Positions 1-11,320 of a DNA stretch of 41,983 bases are shown here, one piece after another. How positions within the stretch are numbered: the first letter of the stretch is position 1; every line of letters begins with the position of its first letter. Both the position numbers and the translations under genes were made by a program. The stretch is taken from assembly GCA_013239625.1 (NCBI GenBank), contig MU053334.1, positions 817,190 through 859,172 on the forward strand, read 5' to 3'. Source of the stretch: Lama guanicoe (lineage: Eukaryota). Under the pieces are notes generated by a model. The model did no database searches and had not been told where the DNA came from. It was given only the letters and a program-made list of their open reading frames with translations.

Positions 1-1760
1 TTGTCAGACACACAACTTGCAAATGCTTTCTCCCATTCTGCAGCTGCCTTTTCACTCTGTTGCTTGCTCCCGTTGCCGTGCAGAAGCTTTTCGCTTTGAC
101 GCGATATCGCTTGTCTGGTTTTGCTCCTGCTGCCTGTGTTTTTGGTGTCTTATGCATGAAACAATTGTCAAAACCAATATCATAAAGATTCCCCCTATGT
201 TTTCTTCTAGGAGTTGTGTAGTTTTGGGGTTATGTTTAGGTCTTGAATCCATTCTGAGCTGAATTTTGTATATGGCACAAGGTAAGGGTGCAGTTTTGCT
301 CTTTTGAATGTGGAGATCCAGCTTTCCTAATGCCATGTGTTGCCTAGATCGTCCTGTTCCCGAGGGGTTCTCTTAGTGCCCTGGTCGAAGGGCATTCGAT
401 CCTGTATGTGAGGGTTTACTTCTGGACTCTCTGTTCTTCCCATCTCTGTCTCTATGCCAGTGTCACACTGTTTTGATTACTGTAGCTTTGTAACCTGTTT
501 TTGGAATCAGGAAATGTGAGTCCTCCAATTTTGTTCTTTTCCCCAAGCTGTTTGGCTGTTTACTGACAGTTTATTGAGGGTTTTTGCAGCAATGTCCGTT
601 GAAAGTATTGGTCTTTAGCTTTCCTTTCTTGTTGTGTCTTTGGTTTTGGTGTCAAGATAATGCTGGTCTCAGAATGAATTTGGAAGTGCTCCCTCCTCTT
701 CAGTTCTTTGGGAAAGTCTGAGAAGGAGTGGTGCTAATTCTTCCTCAAGTGTTTGATAGAATTCTGGTTCACTCTCTGGTCCTGGGCTTTGTCAGGAGGC
801 TTTGAGTTCCTGATTTAATCTCGTTGCTAGCTATCGTTCTGTTTAGAGCTTCCTTTTCTGCACAGTTCGGTCTTCGGAGATCGTGTATTTCCAGGAACTT
901 ACCCCTTCCTCTAGGTTATCCAACTTGCTGGCACACGATTGCTCACAGTATTCTGTTATAATCTTTCTTTAGTTTCTGTGGCATCATTTGTAATATTCCC
1001 TTTCACTTCTGATTTAGTTACTTGAGTCTTCTTTCTGTTTCCTTAGTTAATCTAGCTACGGGCTTGTCCGTTTTTCTACTGGCTTTCTATTCTGCAGTTC
1101 ATTAATTTGTGCTCTAATATTTATTATTTCCTTCCTTCTGCTGGCTTTTGATTTCGCTCTCCTTCTTTCTGTAGTTCCTGTAGAGCTAGTTTGTTAATTT
1201 GAGACCTTTTTTCTTTTGTAATGTACGAGTTTATAGCGAAACTCTCACCCGCACGGCCGTCTCTTCTTTTGCTATGTTTTAGTGTGTTGTGTGTTCATTT
1301 TCATTAGTCTCTTGGTATTTTCCAATTCCTCTTATGACTTCTTTACTCATTGGTTATTTGAGAGTGTGTTGTTTAATTTTCACAGACGTACAGATTTTCC
1401 AGTCTTCCTTCTGTTATGGATTTTAAACTTCACCCTGTTGTGGTTGGAGGAGATACTTCATATGGTATCTGGTGTTTTACACCTGTTGAGCCTGTTCTGT
1501 GGCCTGACATGTGGTCTGTTCTGCAAAGGGTTCCATGTGCACGTGAGAAGAATTCGTACTCGGTCTTCTTTGAGTAGAGTGTTCTGTGCACGCCTGTGAG
1601 GTCCGGTTTTTAAGCCGTGTGGCGCCTCTGCCTCCTTTCGCTCCTCCGTCTTGCTGCCTGCCGTTGTTGAGAGCGAGGCACCGCAGCCTCCTGCTCGTGT
1701 TGTGCTGCGGCTTCTCCTTTCAGTTCTGCCAAAGTTCGCTTCATGTATTTAGGCCGATGT
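1..1760 (-). mobile_element. LINE-1 ORF2 fragments (degenerate; apparent internal deletion near 560-570)
   Basis: ORF 52-336(-) 'YKIQLRMDSRPKHNPKTTQLLEENIG' resembles L1 ORF2p '[27 protein letters not shown]'; 570-1600 matches antisense ORF2 sequence upstream of the RT domain. Confidence 0.85.
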
Positions 1761-1780
1761 TTCAAACTCTGTCTGTGTTA

Positions 1781-2640
1781 CTAATTTTAGTTGAAATATA
1801 GTTGATGTACAACATTATCTTAGTTTCAGGTGTACTTCCTACGTTTGCACACATCATGAAGTGGCCCCCACGGTAAGTCCAGGAACCACCTGTCCCCATA
1901 CAGAAGCTATTACAGTGCTGTTGCCCTGTTCCTCGTGCTGTGCCTCACACCCCCGCGGCGTATTTATGTAACAGCTGGAGGTTTGTACCTACTAACCCCT
2001 TTCACCTACTTTGCATCCCGCCCCCCAGCCCCTGGCAACCACCTGTTTGTTACTTGTGTCTGTGAGTCTGTTTTAATTTTCTTTTGTTTCTTCATTTTGT
2101 TGTTTAGGTTCCACATGTAAGTGAGACCTGTCTTTCTCTGACTCATTTCACTAAGCGTAACGCCCTGTAGATCCATCAATGTTGTCACAAATGGCAAGAT
2201 TTCACTTTTTACGGCAGTGTAGCATTCCATTGTACACATACGTGTGTGCGCGTCTGTACCTCGAATCTTCTTTATCCATTCATCTATCAGGGGACACTTA
2301 GGTTGCTTCCGTATCTTGGCCATTGTAAATGATGCTGCAGTGAACATTGGTGTGCATGTATCTTTTTGAATCCTGATTTTATTTTCTTAGGATTAATACC
2401 CAGCTGTGAATTTGCTGGATCACGTGGTATTTGTATTTTTGATTTTCTGAGGAGCTTCCGTACTGTTTTCCATTATGACTGGACTGATTTACGGTCCCGC
2501 TGACGCTGCGCCAGGGCCCCCTTTGCTCCCCGCCCCCCCGCCGCTTGCTGTTTGCTGTCTTCGGGGTAATCCCCGTTCCGGCGGGCGTGAGGTAGCCGCT
2601 CAGACGTTTTCGGAGGCTGTGTCTTCTCTGGGTCTGCGTG
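1781..2640 (-). mobile_element. LINE-1 3' end
   Basis: ORF 2006-2347(-) MFTAASFTMAKIRKQPKCPLIDEWIKK...EILPFVTT is the ORF2p C-terminus; the L1 3' tail (ttgaaatatagttgatgtacaac...ttcaggtgtac) is at about 1790. Confidence 0.9.
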
Positions 2641-2879
2641 TGTGCTTCTAGCCACCTCAGACCTCCTAAGCATGTTGTCCCTGCCCCTTCTCAGAAGCCT
2701 GTAATGTCGCGAGTCCCCGGCACCGCCTCCGGGAGGGCAGCTGACCGTGCCGCGCGTCGCGCCTGTGGTCCGTGCCTCCCGCACAGGGACGGCGGCTGTC
2801 AGCGCGCGCGGCGGGCGAGACGGACGGCTGCCCTCGGGCGGGGCCTGGCGCCTCGTGGACTGTCCGTTGACGCTGCTCT

Positions 2880-4330
2880 TACTTATTTCTTTTGCCATGC
2901 AGATGAGCTTTTTCTTTTTGCATGTCTATTGTCCTTTGATGCTGAACTTATCAACCTTTTCTATTTGTGGGCTGCTGAATTGTGTGTCGTGCTTAGGAAA
3001 AAACGATTCCATCCCGATGTTATTTGAAGTTCCTGTTTTCTTCAAGCTGTTTTGTGTGGTTTTTGTTTGTGTCTTCATTCCTTATGGAATTTATTTTTAG
3101 AGTAAGAGGTGAAGTAAAGTTACAATTTTGGTTTTCCCAGATCCTACTGATTGCTTTAATACCATGCATGGAGAACACATTGGTAAACAAATCACACGCG
3201 CCGTCTTTCACAGGTAAGGGGGCCGCGTGCGTGCTTGCTTCCCCTTCCGGTGGGTCTGCTCTTTGACATTTCTCCGTTGGATCTCCATGTGCTTGTGTCA
3301 AGTTGTTTGAATTATCGTAACTTTATACGTTTGATAGCTGGTCCCCTTTCTTTTTAACATTGTCTTGGCTGCTTTTATGCGTATATTTGTTCTCTGTGAA
3401 TGTTACAATCAGAATAGGTACTTAAAAGATCTTCTTGGTATATTTATTCAGATTAAATATGTATTAATTTAGGAAGCATGACTTGGTTATAGTGTTAACA
3501 CTTCCTATTAAGAGAAGAGTTATCTGCTCTTTTATTCATGAGTCCTTTTACGTCTTGCAGCATATTGAAGTGTTCTTCACATAGATTTTAAGACACTTTT
3601 ATTGAAATATAAATTAAAGGAGAAAAATGCACATAAGAAAGCAGCTTGATAAACTTTTGCAAAATGAACACACATGTATTTAGAAACAGAACATTACCAG
3701 ACCTCAGGATCTCTCTTCCTGTCTCCCTTCCTGACACTTCTCCCCGAAAGAGCCCTGCTCCGCTCCTTGGTGGCACAGACCAGCCTGTTCTTTGCGTGTG
3801 TGTGTGTGCGCGCGCACATGACTCCTATCGAAGGAGTCATGGTGTATACCTTTTTGTTGGATTCTTCCACTCAGTATTATGTTTCTAAGATTCTCTTTGC
3901 CATGTGGTATTCCACTGACTGACTATGCTGCAAAGAATTTTTCTTTTCTACTAATAATGGACATCTAGACAATTTCCCGTTTTTACTATCATAAATGCTG
4001 CTTTTTTGTATAGATTTTTGAAATGTGTCTTATAAAGTTCATGTTGACAGAGTGTGGTTCTTTTCTCTCATTACATTTCTGTTTATTATGTGTGAATAGA
4101 AAGGCTGTTGATTTTACATGTTATGTACCCAGCCCTCTACCTGAGTTCACTTACATTTTGCAGCATTTTTTATTTGACTCTCCCCACCCACCCAGGTATA
4201 CGGTGGAACCATCTGTGGATAATGATAATTTTGCCTTCTGCTTCCAATTGTTACATTTTTCTGTTTCATTCTCTTTAATAATTGTATTGGATAATGCCAC
4301 CAAAGCAAGTAAAAATAATACTGTCAATGA
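2880..4330 (-). mobile_element. Old L1M-type fragments
   Basis: T-rich degenerate antisense L1 motifs, e.g. ttttattgaaatataa...aaaatgcacataag...aaatgaacacacatgta at about 3597-3680. Confidence 0.55.
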
Positions 4331-4485
4331 CGAAATTGTAGTAAATATTGCCAAATTTACCTTCAGAAAAAGAAGTTCCACCTGTTTTTACTCCCATCAA
4401 TAATGCACAGGTGTTTTTTGAATTTCCCATTGGAGCGAATATTAGAGAAATACCATGGAGACAGAGTCCTCGAGCTAGGAACGAG

Positions 4486-4491
4486 TTTATT
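4486..4491 (-). terminator. Polyadenylation signal of the KRTAP5 gene
   Basis: tttatt on + = AATAAA on -, about 490 nt downstream of the stop codon. Confidence 0.7.
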
Positions 4492-4981
4492 TAGAGCTGT
4501 CGCCAGGTCAGTGTGGACCTTGGCAGGGAAAGAAACACAGGCAGGTTACAAAGACGTGCCAGAGCCGGGCCAGGTGGTGTGGGGTTGGGGGAGGGCGTTG
4601 TGCGAGCTGGACATCTCCTGGCCTGTGCTCCAGACTTCGAACTTGTGGAACTGACCAGGCTCAGCCACGTCTGAAGCATGATGGGTGATGGGCTCCAGGG
4701 ATCAGGGGCCTGAGGAGACAGTCATTGTTGAAGGGACTGTGAGGAGGAAGTTACTCTCCCACAAGGTGGATGAGGCAGAGAATCCAGAATGGACAGAAGG
4801 CACAGGAGATCCATCTTCTCCTCTAGAATCTGGGGAGAAACCGCTGGGACTGGAAATCTAGGCTCCCCCATTCTAGAAAAGGTGAATTCACAGCTGCAAT
4901 TTGCAACTCTGGGATGGGACACTGATCACTTCCTAGACATCCTGGATCTGCAGTAGCCACTTGAGGTCCCTGGACAGAGCC

Positions 4982-5565
4982 TCAGATCTTGCGCTGGCAG
5001 CAAACGGGGACACAGCAGCTGGACTGGGAGCAGCAGGGTTTGCAGCAGCTGGACTGGCAGCAAATGGGGACACAGCAGCTGGACTGGGAGCAGCCACAGG
5101 AGCCACAGCCCCCCTTGCCACAGCTGGAGCAGGAGCCACAGCCCCCTTTGCCACAGCTGGAGCAGGAGCAGGTGGGCACACAGCAGCACACGGGCACACA
5201 GCAGCTGGAGCCACAGCCCCCCTTGCCACAGCTGGAGCAGGAGCAGGTGGGCACACAGCAGCACACAGGCACACAGCAGCTGGAGCCACAGCCCCCCTTG
5301 CAGCCCCCGCAGGAGCCACAGTCCCCCTTGCCACAGCTGGAGCAGGAGCCACAGCCCCCCTTGCCACAGCTGGAGCAGGAGCNNNNNNNNNNNNNNNNNN
5401 NNNNNNNNNNNNNNNNNNNNNNNNNNNNNNNNNNNNNNNNNNNNNNNNNNNNNNNNNNNNNNNNNNNNNNNNNNNNNNNNNNNNNNNNNNNNNNNNNNNN
5501 NGGGCACACAGCACGGGCACACAGCAGCTGGAGCCACAGCCCCCGGAACAGCCACAGTGACTCAT
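4982..5565 (-). CDS. KRTAP5: Keratin-associated protein 5 family member (ultra-high-sulfur KAP), single exon; interrupted by assembly gap 5383-5501
   Basis: ATG at 5565-5563 reads [18 protein letters not shown]. After the gap it reads [12 protein letters not shown]...[23 protein letters not shown]...[16 protein letters not shown] with TGA at 4984-4982. These Cys/Gly/Ser repeats and the C-terminus are typical of KRTAP5. Paralog number cannot be assigned, and frame across the gap cannot be verified. Confidence 0.9.
5101..5382 (-). repeat. Coding tandem repeats within KRTAP5 (75-bp and 30-bp units)
   Basis: ggagccacagccccc recurs at 5132, 5207 and 5282 (75-bp period, [25 protein letters not shown]), with additional 30-bp [15 protein letters not shown] units. 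Confidence 0.9.
5383..5501. other. Assembly gap (119 N)
   Basis: Run of N characters. Confidence 1.
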
Positions 5566-5656
5566 GGTTCTGGTGGGTGGAGAGTGGAGGCGGTCAGAGG
5601 AGCAGGTGGAGAGAGAGGGGAGGTGTTCAGGTGTGGAGCCTCCAGGGCCAGGGGCA

Positions 5657-5662
5657 TTTATA
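5657..5662 (-). promoter_or_regulatory. TATA box of the KRTAP5 gene
   Basis: tttata on + strand = TATAAA on - strand, about 92 bp upstream of the ATG. Confidence 0.8.
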
Positions 5663-5979
5663 CCCCTGCCAGGGTCAGGTGAGATCTGGGCGCAGGCCAC
5701 TTCCTGGTTCCTTTTGTGCTACCATGTCCTGTTTGTGCTCCTAGATTCCCCGGGCTTTTTTTGGCTTTTGTCCAGCAGACACCTTCGTAGGTTTCTAAAT
5801 CTGGCTTCTTCCCCATCCTGTTTATTTCTTGTAAAAAGGAACAGCTCCAGATTCATGAAGTTTCTAGTTATCTTTTGACTACGTCTAATTGAGGGATCCA
5901 GGGGTCACTGTCAACTTATCTATTTTCTGTACTGAAAATTTCCCTATTATTTATCTTCAATATTTTATTTTAATTGAGG

Positions 5980-7290
5980 TTTGCAATGGAAACAAAAGCA
6001 AAAAAAACAGGTAGGACTACGTCAAACTAAAAAGCTTCTTGCACGGCAAAGGAAACCATCAACAAAATTAAAAGGCAGCCTACTGAATAGGAGGAAATAT
6101 TTATCAATCATACATCTGATAAGGAGTTAATGTCCAAAATATGTGATGAACTCATACAACTCAATAACAGGAAAACAAACAATACACTTTAAAAATGCGC
6201 AAAAGATCTGAATAAACAGTTTTCTAAGGAAGGCACACAGATGACCAACAGGCACGTGAGGAGGTGCTCACCACGGCCGCTCATCAGGGAAATGCACCGC
6301 GAGACACCGTCACCCCTGTCAGAGTGGCCGTCAGCAAGCAGGCAGCAAATAACAAATGCCGGTGCGGGCGTGGAGGAAAGGGGGCCCTGGCGCCCTGCTG
6401 GTGGGAACGCAAACCGGGGCAGCCCCAGTGGGAAGCAGCACGGCGTTTCCTCCAGAAATTAAAAATAGACCTGCCATATGATCCAGCAGTTCTGCTAATG
6501 GGTATTTATCTTAAAGAAAGGAAAACATTCCCTTGAAACAATCCCTGGACCCGCGTGCTCACTGCAGTGTTATCTGCAACAGTCGGGACATGGAAGCGGC
6601 CTAGGTGTCCACTGAGGACGAATGGGCACAGCACATGTGATTTGTAACGTAATACTGTTCAGCCACAAAAAAGAAGGAAGTCTTGCCGTTTGTAAGAAAA
6701 CAGTTGGACCTAGAGGGCATCGTGACAAACGAGTTAAGTCAGACGGAGTAAGACGCTGTGTCATCTCACTTGTATGTAGAATATTAAAAAAAAAAGCCAA
6801 ATGGGCTCACAGGTGCAGAGAACTGATTGATAAGAGGGTGAAGATGGGCAAAATAGGTGAACGGGGGCAAAGGTACAAACTTCCAGTTATAAATCAGTCA
6901 CGGAGGGGGCGGGGGGCAGCTCAGCGGTGCAGCATGCGCTCAGCACGCACGCGGTCCTGGGTTCAATCCCCCGTCCCTCCACTAAAAAATAACAGAAATA
7001 AACCCAATTAGCCCCCCCAAAATCAACAAAAACTAGTCCCTGAAAATAAGTTGCGGGGGTACGACGTGCAGCGCGGGGACTGTGGTCAATGACACTGTCT
7101 TCTATGTTTGCACGTTGCTAAAAGAGCAGATCTTGACCTTCTCATCTCAAGAAGGAAATTGTGATTCCGAGGCCGTGTTTGTTTGCTAGACTTGCTGTGA
7201 CGCCTGTTTCACGGTATATGCGGGTGTCAGACCATCGCGTAGCCCGCCTGCACCTGGTCTCCGTGTTTGTCAGTCGGTTCTCAGTAAGAA
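5980..7290 (+). mobile_element. LINE-1 3' end, with a nested SINE
   Basis: caaactaaaaagcttcttgcacggcaaaggaaaccatcaac...; translation [20 protein letters not shown] (ORF2p C-terminus); 3'UTR aggtacaaacttccagttat. Confidence 0.9.
6905..7043 (+). mobile_element. Vic-1-type camelid tRNA-derived SINE
   Basis: A-box-like cagctcagcgg, B-box ggttcaatccc (6960-6970), tail aaataaacccaattagcccccccaaaa; flanked by a degenerate target-site duplication. Confidence 0.85.
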
Positions 7291-9655
7291 AATGGGCTCT
7301 TAGTTAAGCAAAAGTAGCAAATTAGAGGAGAAAGCGAATCGCCCACGGCCCCGTTCGCTAGTGCTCACATTTCAGTTGATCGCATGTAATTTAAAAAAAC
7401 AGGCGGCGTAGCTCGTGCTTACTCTGTATCCAAGGCCGCCTGTGTTTTCAGCTCTCTGAGGTGCACGTCCTTTACTAGCCAATAAGAATGACGTGGCCCT
7501 TGCCCTGCTGTGACCGGTCCCCTTCCCGTCCCACGTGGACCCCTGGCCCGCGGGCTGGGAGCTGCTCCTCTGTCTCCCTCTGACTGACTGCCGGGCACCC
7601 GTCCCGGCCCCCCTGCCCTCCCTCCTGACTGCTCTCCGCTCTCACAGGGGAACCTCTGGGAACCAAGTCCTGCATCCCCGCTGTGGCTTCAAGTGGGTTC
7701 CCCTTGGCGGAGAACAGGGGCGCCGTGGCAGGGCCTGGTCTGGGCCTGGCTCTGCGTCGGAAGTGGACGCTGCCCGCCGGTGCTGGAGGTGGTGGGCGGC
7801 AGCCTGCCGCTGGCCCGAGGTGCTTCTGTTCCTGGGGAAGAAGAAGGTGGCTTTGGGATTCAGGAACAGTGGTCAGCGTCTTGTCTGGCTGCTCTGAGTC
7901 TTGGAGGGAACAGGACTGCAAGCTCGGCGGGAAACATGGGTGAGAGCAGGAAGGCGGTCAAGACCCGGGCTGCCCTCTGGCTGTGTCCAGGGCGGTCAGG
8001 GCGGGGACAGGAGCCGTAGGTCCTCGTCCTGTGCTCTTCAACTGGCCTGGGCGCCCCTCGACCCCCGCCCACTCTGCTTTCCCGAGTGGAGAATGTGGAA
8101 CAGAAAACAGAGGCCGAGATGGGGCAGACACAACTCAAGAGTCTGGTGATAAAGGCGCCCGCCCCTGCAGCCGGCCCTGGGCTGAGCTGGGGTCTCTCTT
8201 TAGGGGGAGGTGGTCCCGGTGCCCGGCCGTGGGGGACAAGGCAGCTCCCCGAGCAGCACCCTGTGTCTGCAGCATCTCAGGTTAGTACTTGATTGTCTTC
8301 GCTGTGGAATCAGAGGTCTCGGGGAAGTTCCACAGGGCCATGGGGCAGCAGCATCGGTCAGGGGTACCCTGGGGAGCCAGTGTGTGCGCCTGGGGGCCCC
8401 ACCCAGGGTCAGCCGGGTCCTCGGCGGGCTTCCAGGCACACGACTGGTTACGGTGACCTCTGAGCCCCGAGTCCCCGCAGTTCTGAAGGCACGTCTCCCC
8501 ACCCTTCCTCTGCACGTGCGTGCGCACGCACACACACGCCTCCCTCTGGTGTCAGGGCTTCAGACTTCCCGAACGTGAAGAGGGGATGCGAGTCTCTGAG
8601 CAGAGAGCCTCACTGCTCTTCTGCAGAAGGTCTGGCCGCCTCCGGGTGGCAGGTGTTTGGGGACCACCCACAGGTGGCTTAGGACTTCCCTGTTGGCTTT
8701 TCTAAGACTTGAAGATATAAATCCTTTCAAAACCTCGTAGCCCGACTCCGGTGCCACCTGGCACCACACTGTTCTGACGCAGAACCACACCCGAAACCAA
8801 GGGTGCGGGCCACTGTGCGGTCCCCGACTCAGAGACGGCCCTTTCCTCCCACTCCTCCTCATGCCCCTCCCAGTCCCAGTGGTCGCCACGTCCAAAATTC
8901 TACCTTCAAGTGACGTAAGACGTTAGCTGGTCCCCAGTCCCTCCGTGGCCGGTCTCACCTTCATGCCTCTGTCCCTCCCCAGGTGTCCTGTCGCCCTGGT
9001 GGCTGCCTGGCCCTCTGCCCTTCTCCCGCACCACGGTTGTGGGCGCCTTGGGCAGGTGCACGCCGCGTTCCTTCCTGACCGCCAGCCCCTCGCACCGCGC
9101 GAGCAGTGCACGCTGAGCATGCTGTGTCCCGTGGGTCACTGAACGCCCTGGCGGGATTCCGGAGAGCCACAAAGGACGTGACGCTCCAGAGACGGGACGG
9201 ATGCTGACGTGGCAGACTAACAGCAACGGTAAGAAGAGAATCATGTAAAGACCAGCACTTGTGCGGGGAAGGGGTAGGTTTATTTAAAGGAGTCGCAAAG
9301 ATGCAGACCCTGATAAAAAGAATTACGCACCTGACGTCAGGAACCTTCCTCAGAGAGATGTCTGAGGGCTGGGGCCGAGGCTGAGAGGAGGGGCCGTGAA
9401 AGTCCCGGTAGAGAGAGGCGATCTGGGAGAGGAGGCTGCCTGGCTCCATTTTCAAGGGCTCTTCACAAGAAGGTGATGGGAGGTGAGGGGGACGACCACC
9501 CTCACAGGTCCCGGGCATGCGGTTCCTGCTCTGAACGGTCCTCTGCCCACATTCCAGGAAACACCAGGCCAGGGCCAGGACTGAGGGCTGTGAGATCAAA
9601 TTCGGGTCTCCGTCCAGGGCATCCAAGCTGCAGCCACTGGGGGTGTGTTACAGAG

Positions 9656-9745
9656 CAGCTCTCACACTGGCAGCGCAGGGGAGCACAGCAGCTGGACTGG
9701 GGGCCCCCACACCAGCCACAGCCCCGGAACAGCCGCAGCGCCCAC
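9656..9745 (-). pseudogene. KRTAP5-like pseudogene remnant
   Basis: Minus strand gtgggcgctgcggctgttccggggctgtggc...ccccagtccagctgctgtgctcccctgcgctgccagtgtgag. The start codon is GTG, there are frameshifts, and the stop position reads TGC. The 5' flank (gaggagcag...ttcaggtgtggagcc) is homologous to 5597-5640, and AATAAA is retained at 9279-9284. Confidence 0.8.
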
Positions 9746-10424
9746 TGTGCTGGTGGGGGGAGGGGGTAGGTCCGAGGAGCAGATGGGGGGGGCGTTCAGG
9801 TGTGGAGCCCCCAGGGCCGGGAGCCTCAGGACACCTGCCGGGGGTCCCCCTCAGCCTATGACTGCTTCCTCTGACGCGTTTCCCTAGTTCATGTGCACAG
9901 GCGCTGTGTTTAAACTCTGCCACCCCGTGAGCTCCCGACAGCTTAAGCCACAGTCCACTTCTCTGGTTTCTAAATGTGGCCTCTCCCTTTTGGGTGCGTC
10001 TCTTTTTAAACAGTCACCGAGCTCCCCCGTCAGGGAGCTCCTGGGAGTGGAGTCACCGCCCTCGGTTTTCCCATTTCTGTTTGTTGATATCCAACCTCTG
10101 TCCCCCGCCTTGATGTTTCTATTTCTCTACTTACACGTCAGTGGGTGTCATTTTTAAAATAAAAGTGTTGAGCAGAAAAATAGACCGTTCCTAGTTCCTG
10201 CTCCCCAAAACGACCAGTCTCAGTATTTTGTCAAGTTTGAAAAGCGAGACGTGAAGCACTTTGCTAGCAGTGCTTCCTTGGGGTGCCCCTGTTCTCGTTT
10301 CCCGCCCCCACCTGCTTGGCTGGTCGCCCCAAACACGGATCCGACCCAGCATTCTCTCTCTCCACGTGGCCCGGCGTCACCAATCACTGTTACTCTTCCT
10401 GCGTCTCTCGGTTTTGTTCAGTCC

Positions 10425-11320
10425 GCTTTTATGAAACTCCCTCACGTCAGCGGACAGAGCCCACGTTCCCTGTCTTTAAAGGCTGCACAACCGCTTAGCG
10501 CAAGTGTCGGCCACCGTCCTCTCCGACGGACCTCCGTGTCTTAGACAATGAATTTCCAGTTTTTTCATGGAGGTAGAACTTAGACCCAGTGAGGTGCGCA
10601 CGTCTGCACGTACGACTCGCAGGTTTGCCCCTCGAGCACTGATGCAGCCACCACCCCAGTCACGACAGGCCGCTGCCACCGTCCAGAAAGCCCGCCCTGC
10701 CCTCCCGGTGGCCACCCGGCCGGCTTCGCCTGCGTGGACGTCTTAGAACTGGAACGCAGAGCGGGCGTTCTCAGCACGTCGCCCTGTGCACCAGCACCTG
10801 TGTGTGGCTTTATCGCCGCCGAGGGTTCCAGGCGGGAACGCACCCCAGGGGACCCCGGTCTCTCGTTCACAGACCCTCGGAGTGTTTCCAGCCCGCGGCT
10901 CTGAGGGGTGGAACTTTAATGGGCATCCTTGTGCGCATCTTTTGGTGAAACTGTGTCTTGTTTCCTTTGGGGGCGGGACTCCCAGGGAGCACACGATCAG
11001 CTGTGCAAGCAGCCCGCATCTTCCGTGATGGGTGGCCATGCCGCCTCGCCTCCAGCCCCCTGGGTCCGCGCTGCCGCCGCGCCCACAGCCTGCGCGTCCC
11101 CGCGGGGGCGCAGTGCCACCGCCCTGGTGACGGAGGTGGCCAAGCGCCTTTCCATGAGCCTGCTGATCGTTTAGACACTTCCTGGGTAAAGAATGTTTGC
11201 TCAGTTTTGTTGGCCCCTTTTTATTGTGTTTTTTGGTTTTCTTCTTTTGTGACAGATTTACTGGAGTTCTTCATAAATTCTGTCTGAAGTGCTTGCTTTG
11301 TGTGTATAAACACGTTTGTC
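10425..11320 (-). mobile_element. Old L1M 3'-end fragments, strongly GC-shifted
   Basis: gaggtagaacttagacccagtgaggtgcgcacgtctg and caccaccccagtcacgacaggccgctgccaccgtccagaaagc are colinear with the antisense L1M 3'UTR as recalled. Confidence 0.6.

Noticed and set aside
4961..5744. Plus-strand and alternative-frame ORFs over KRTAP5 (Gln/Pro/Glu-rich; Ala/Gly/Thr-rich)
   Set aside because: Shadow frames of the repetitive Cys-rich CDS; the TATA box, ATG, stop and polyA signal all support the minus-strand KAP frame
6915..6980. tRNA-like sequence with A and B boxes (also at about 20030-20095 and 37430-37480)
   Set aside because: These are heads of tRNA-derived SINEs with SINE tails, not tRNA genes
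9331..9340. Palindromic CRE site ctgacgtcag
   Set aside because: A single short motif in a pseudogene 3'UTR, with no supporting context
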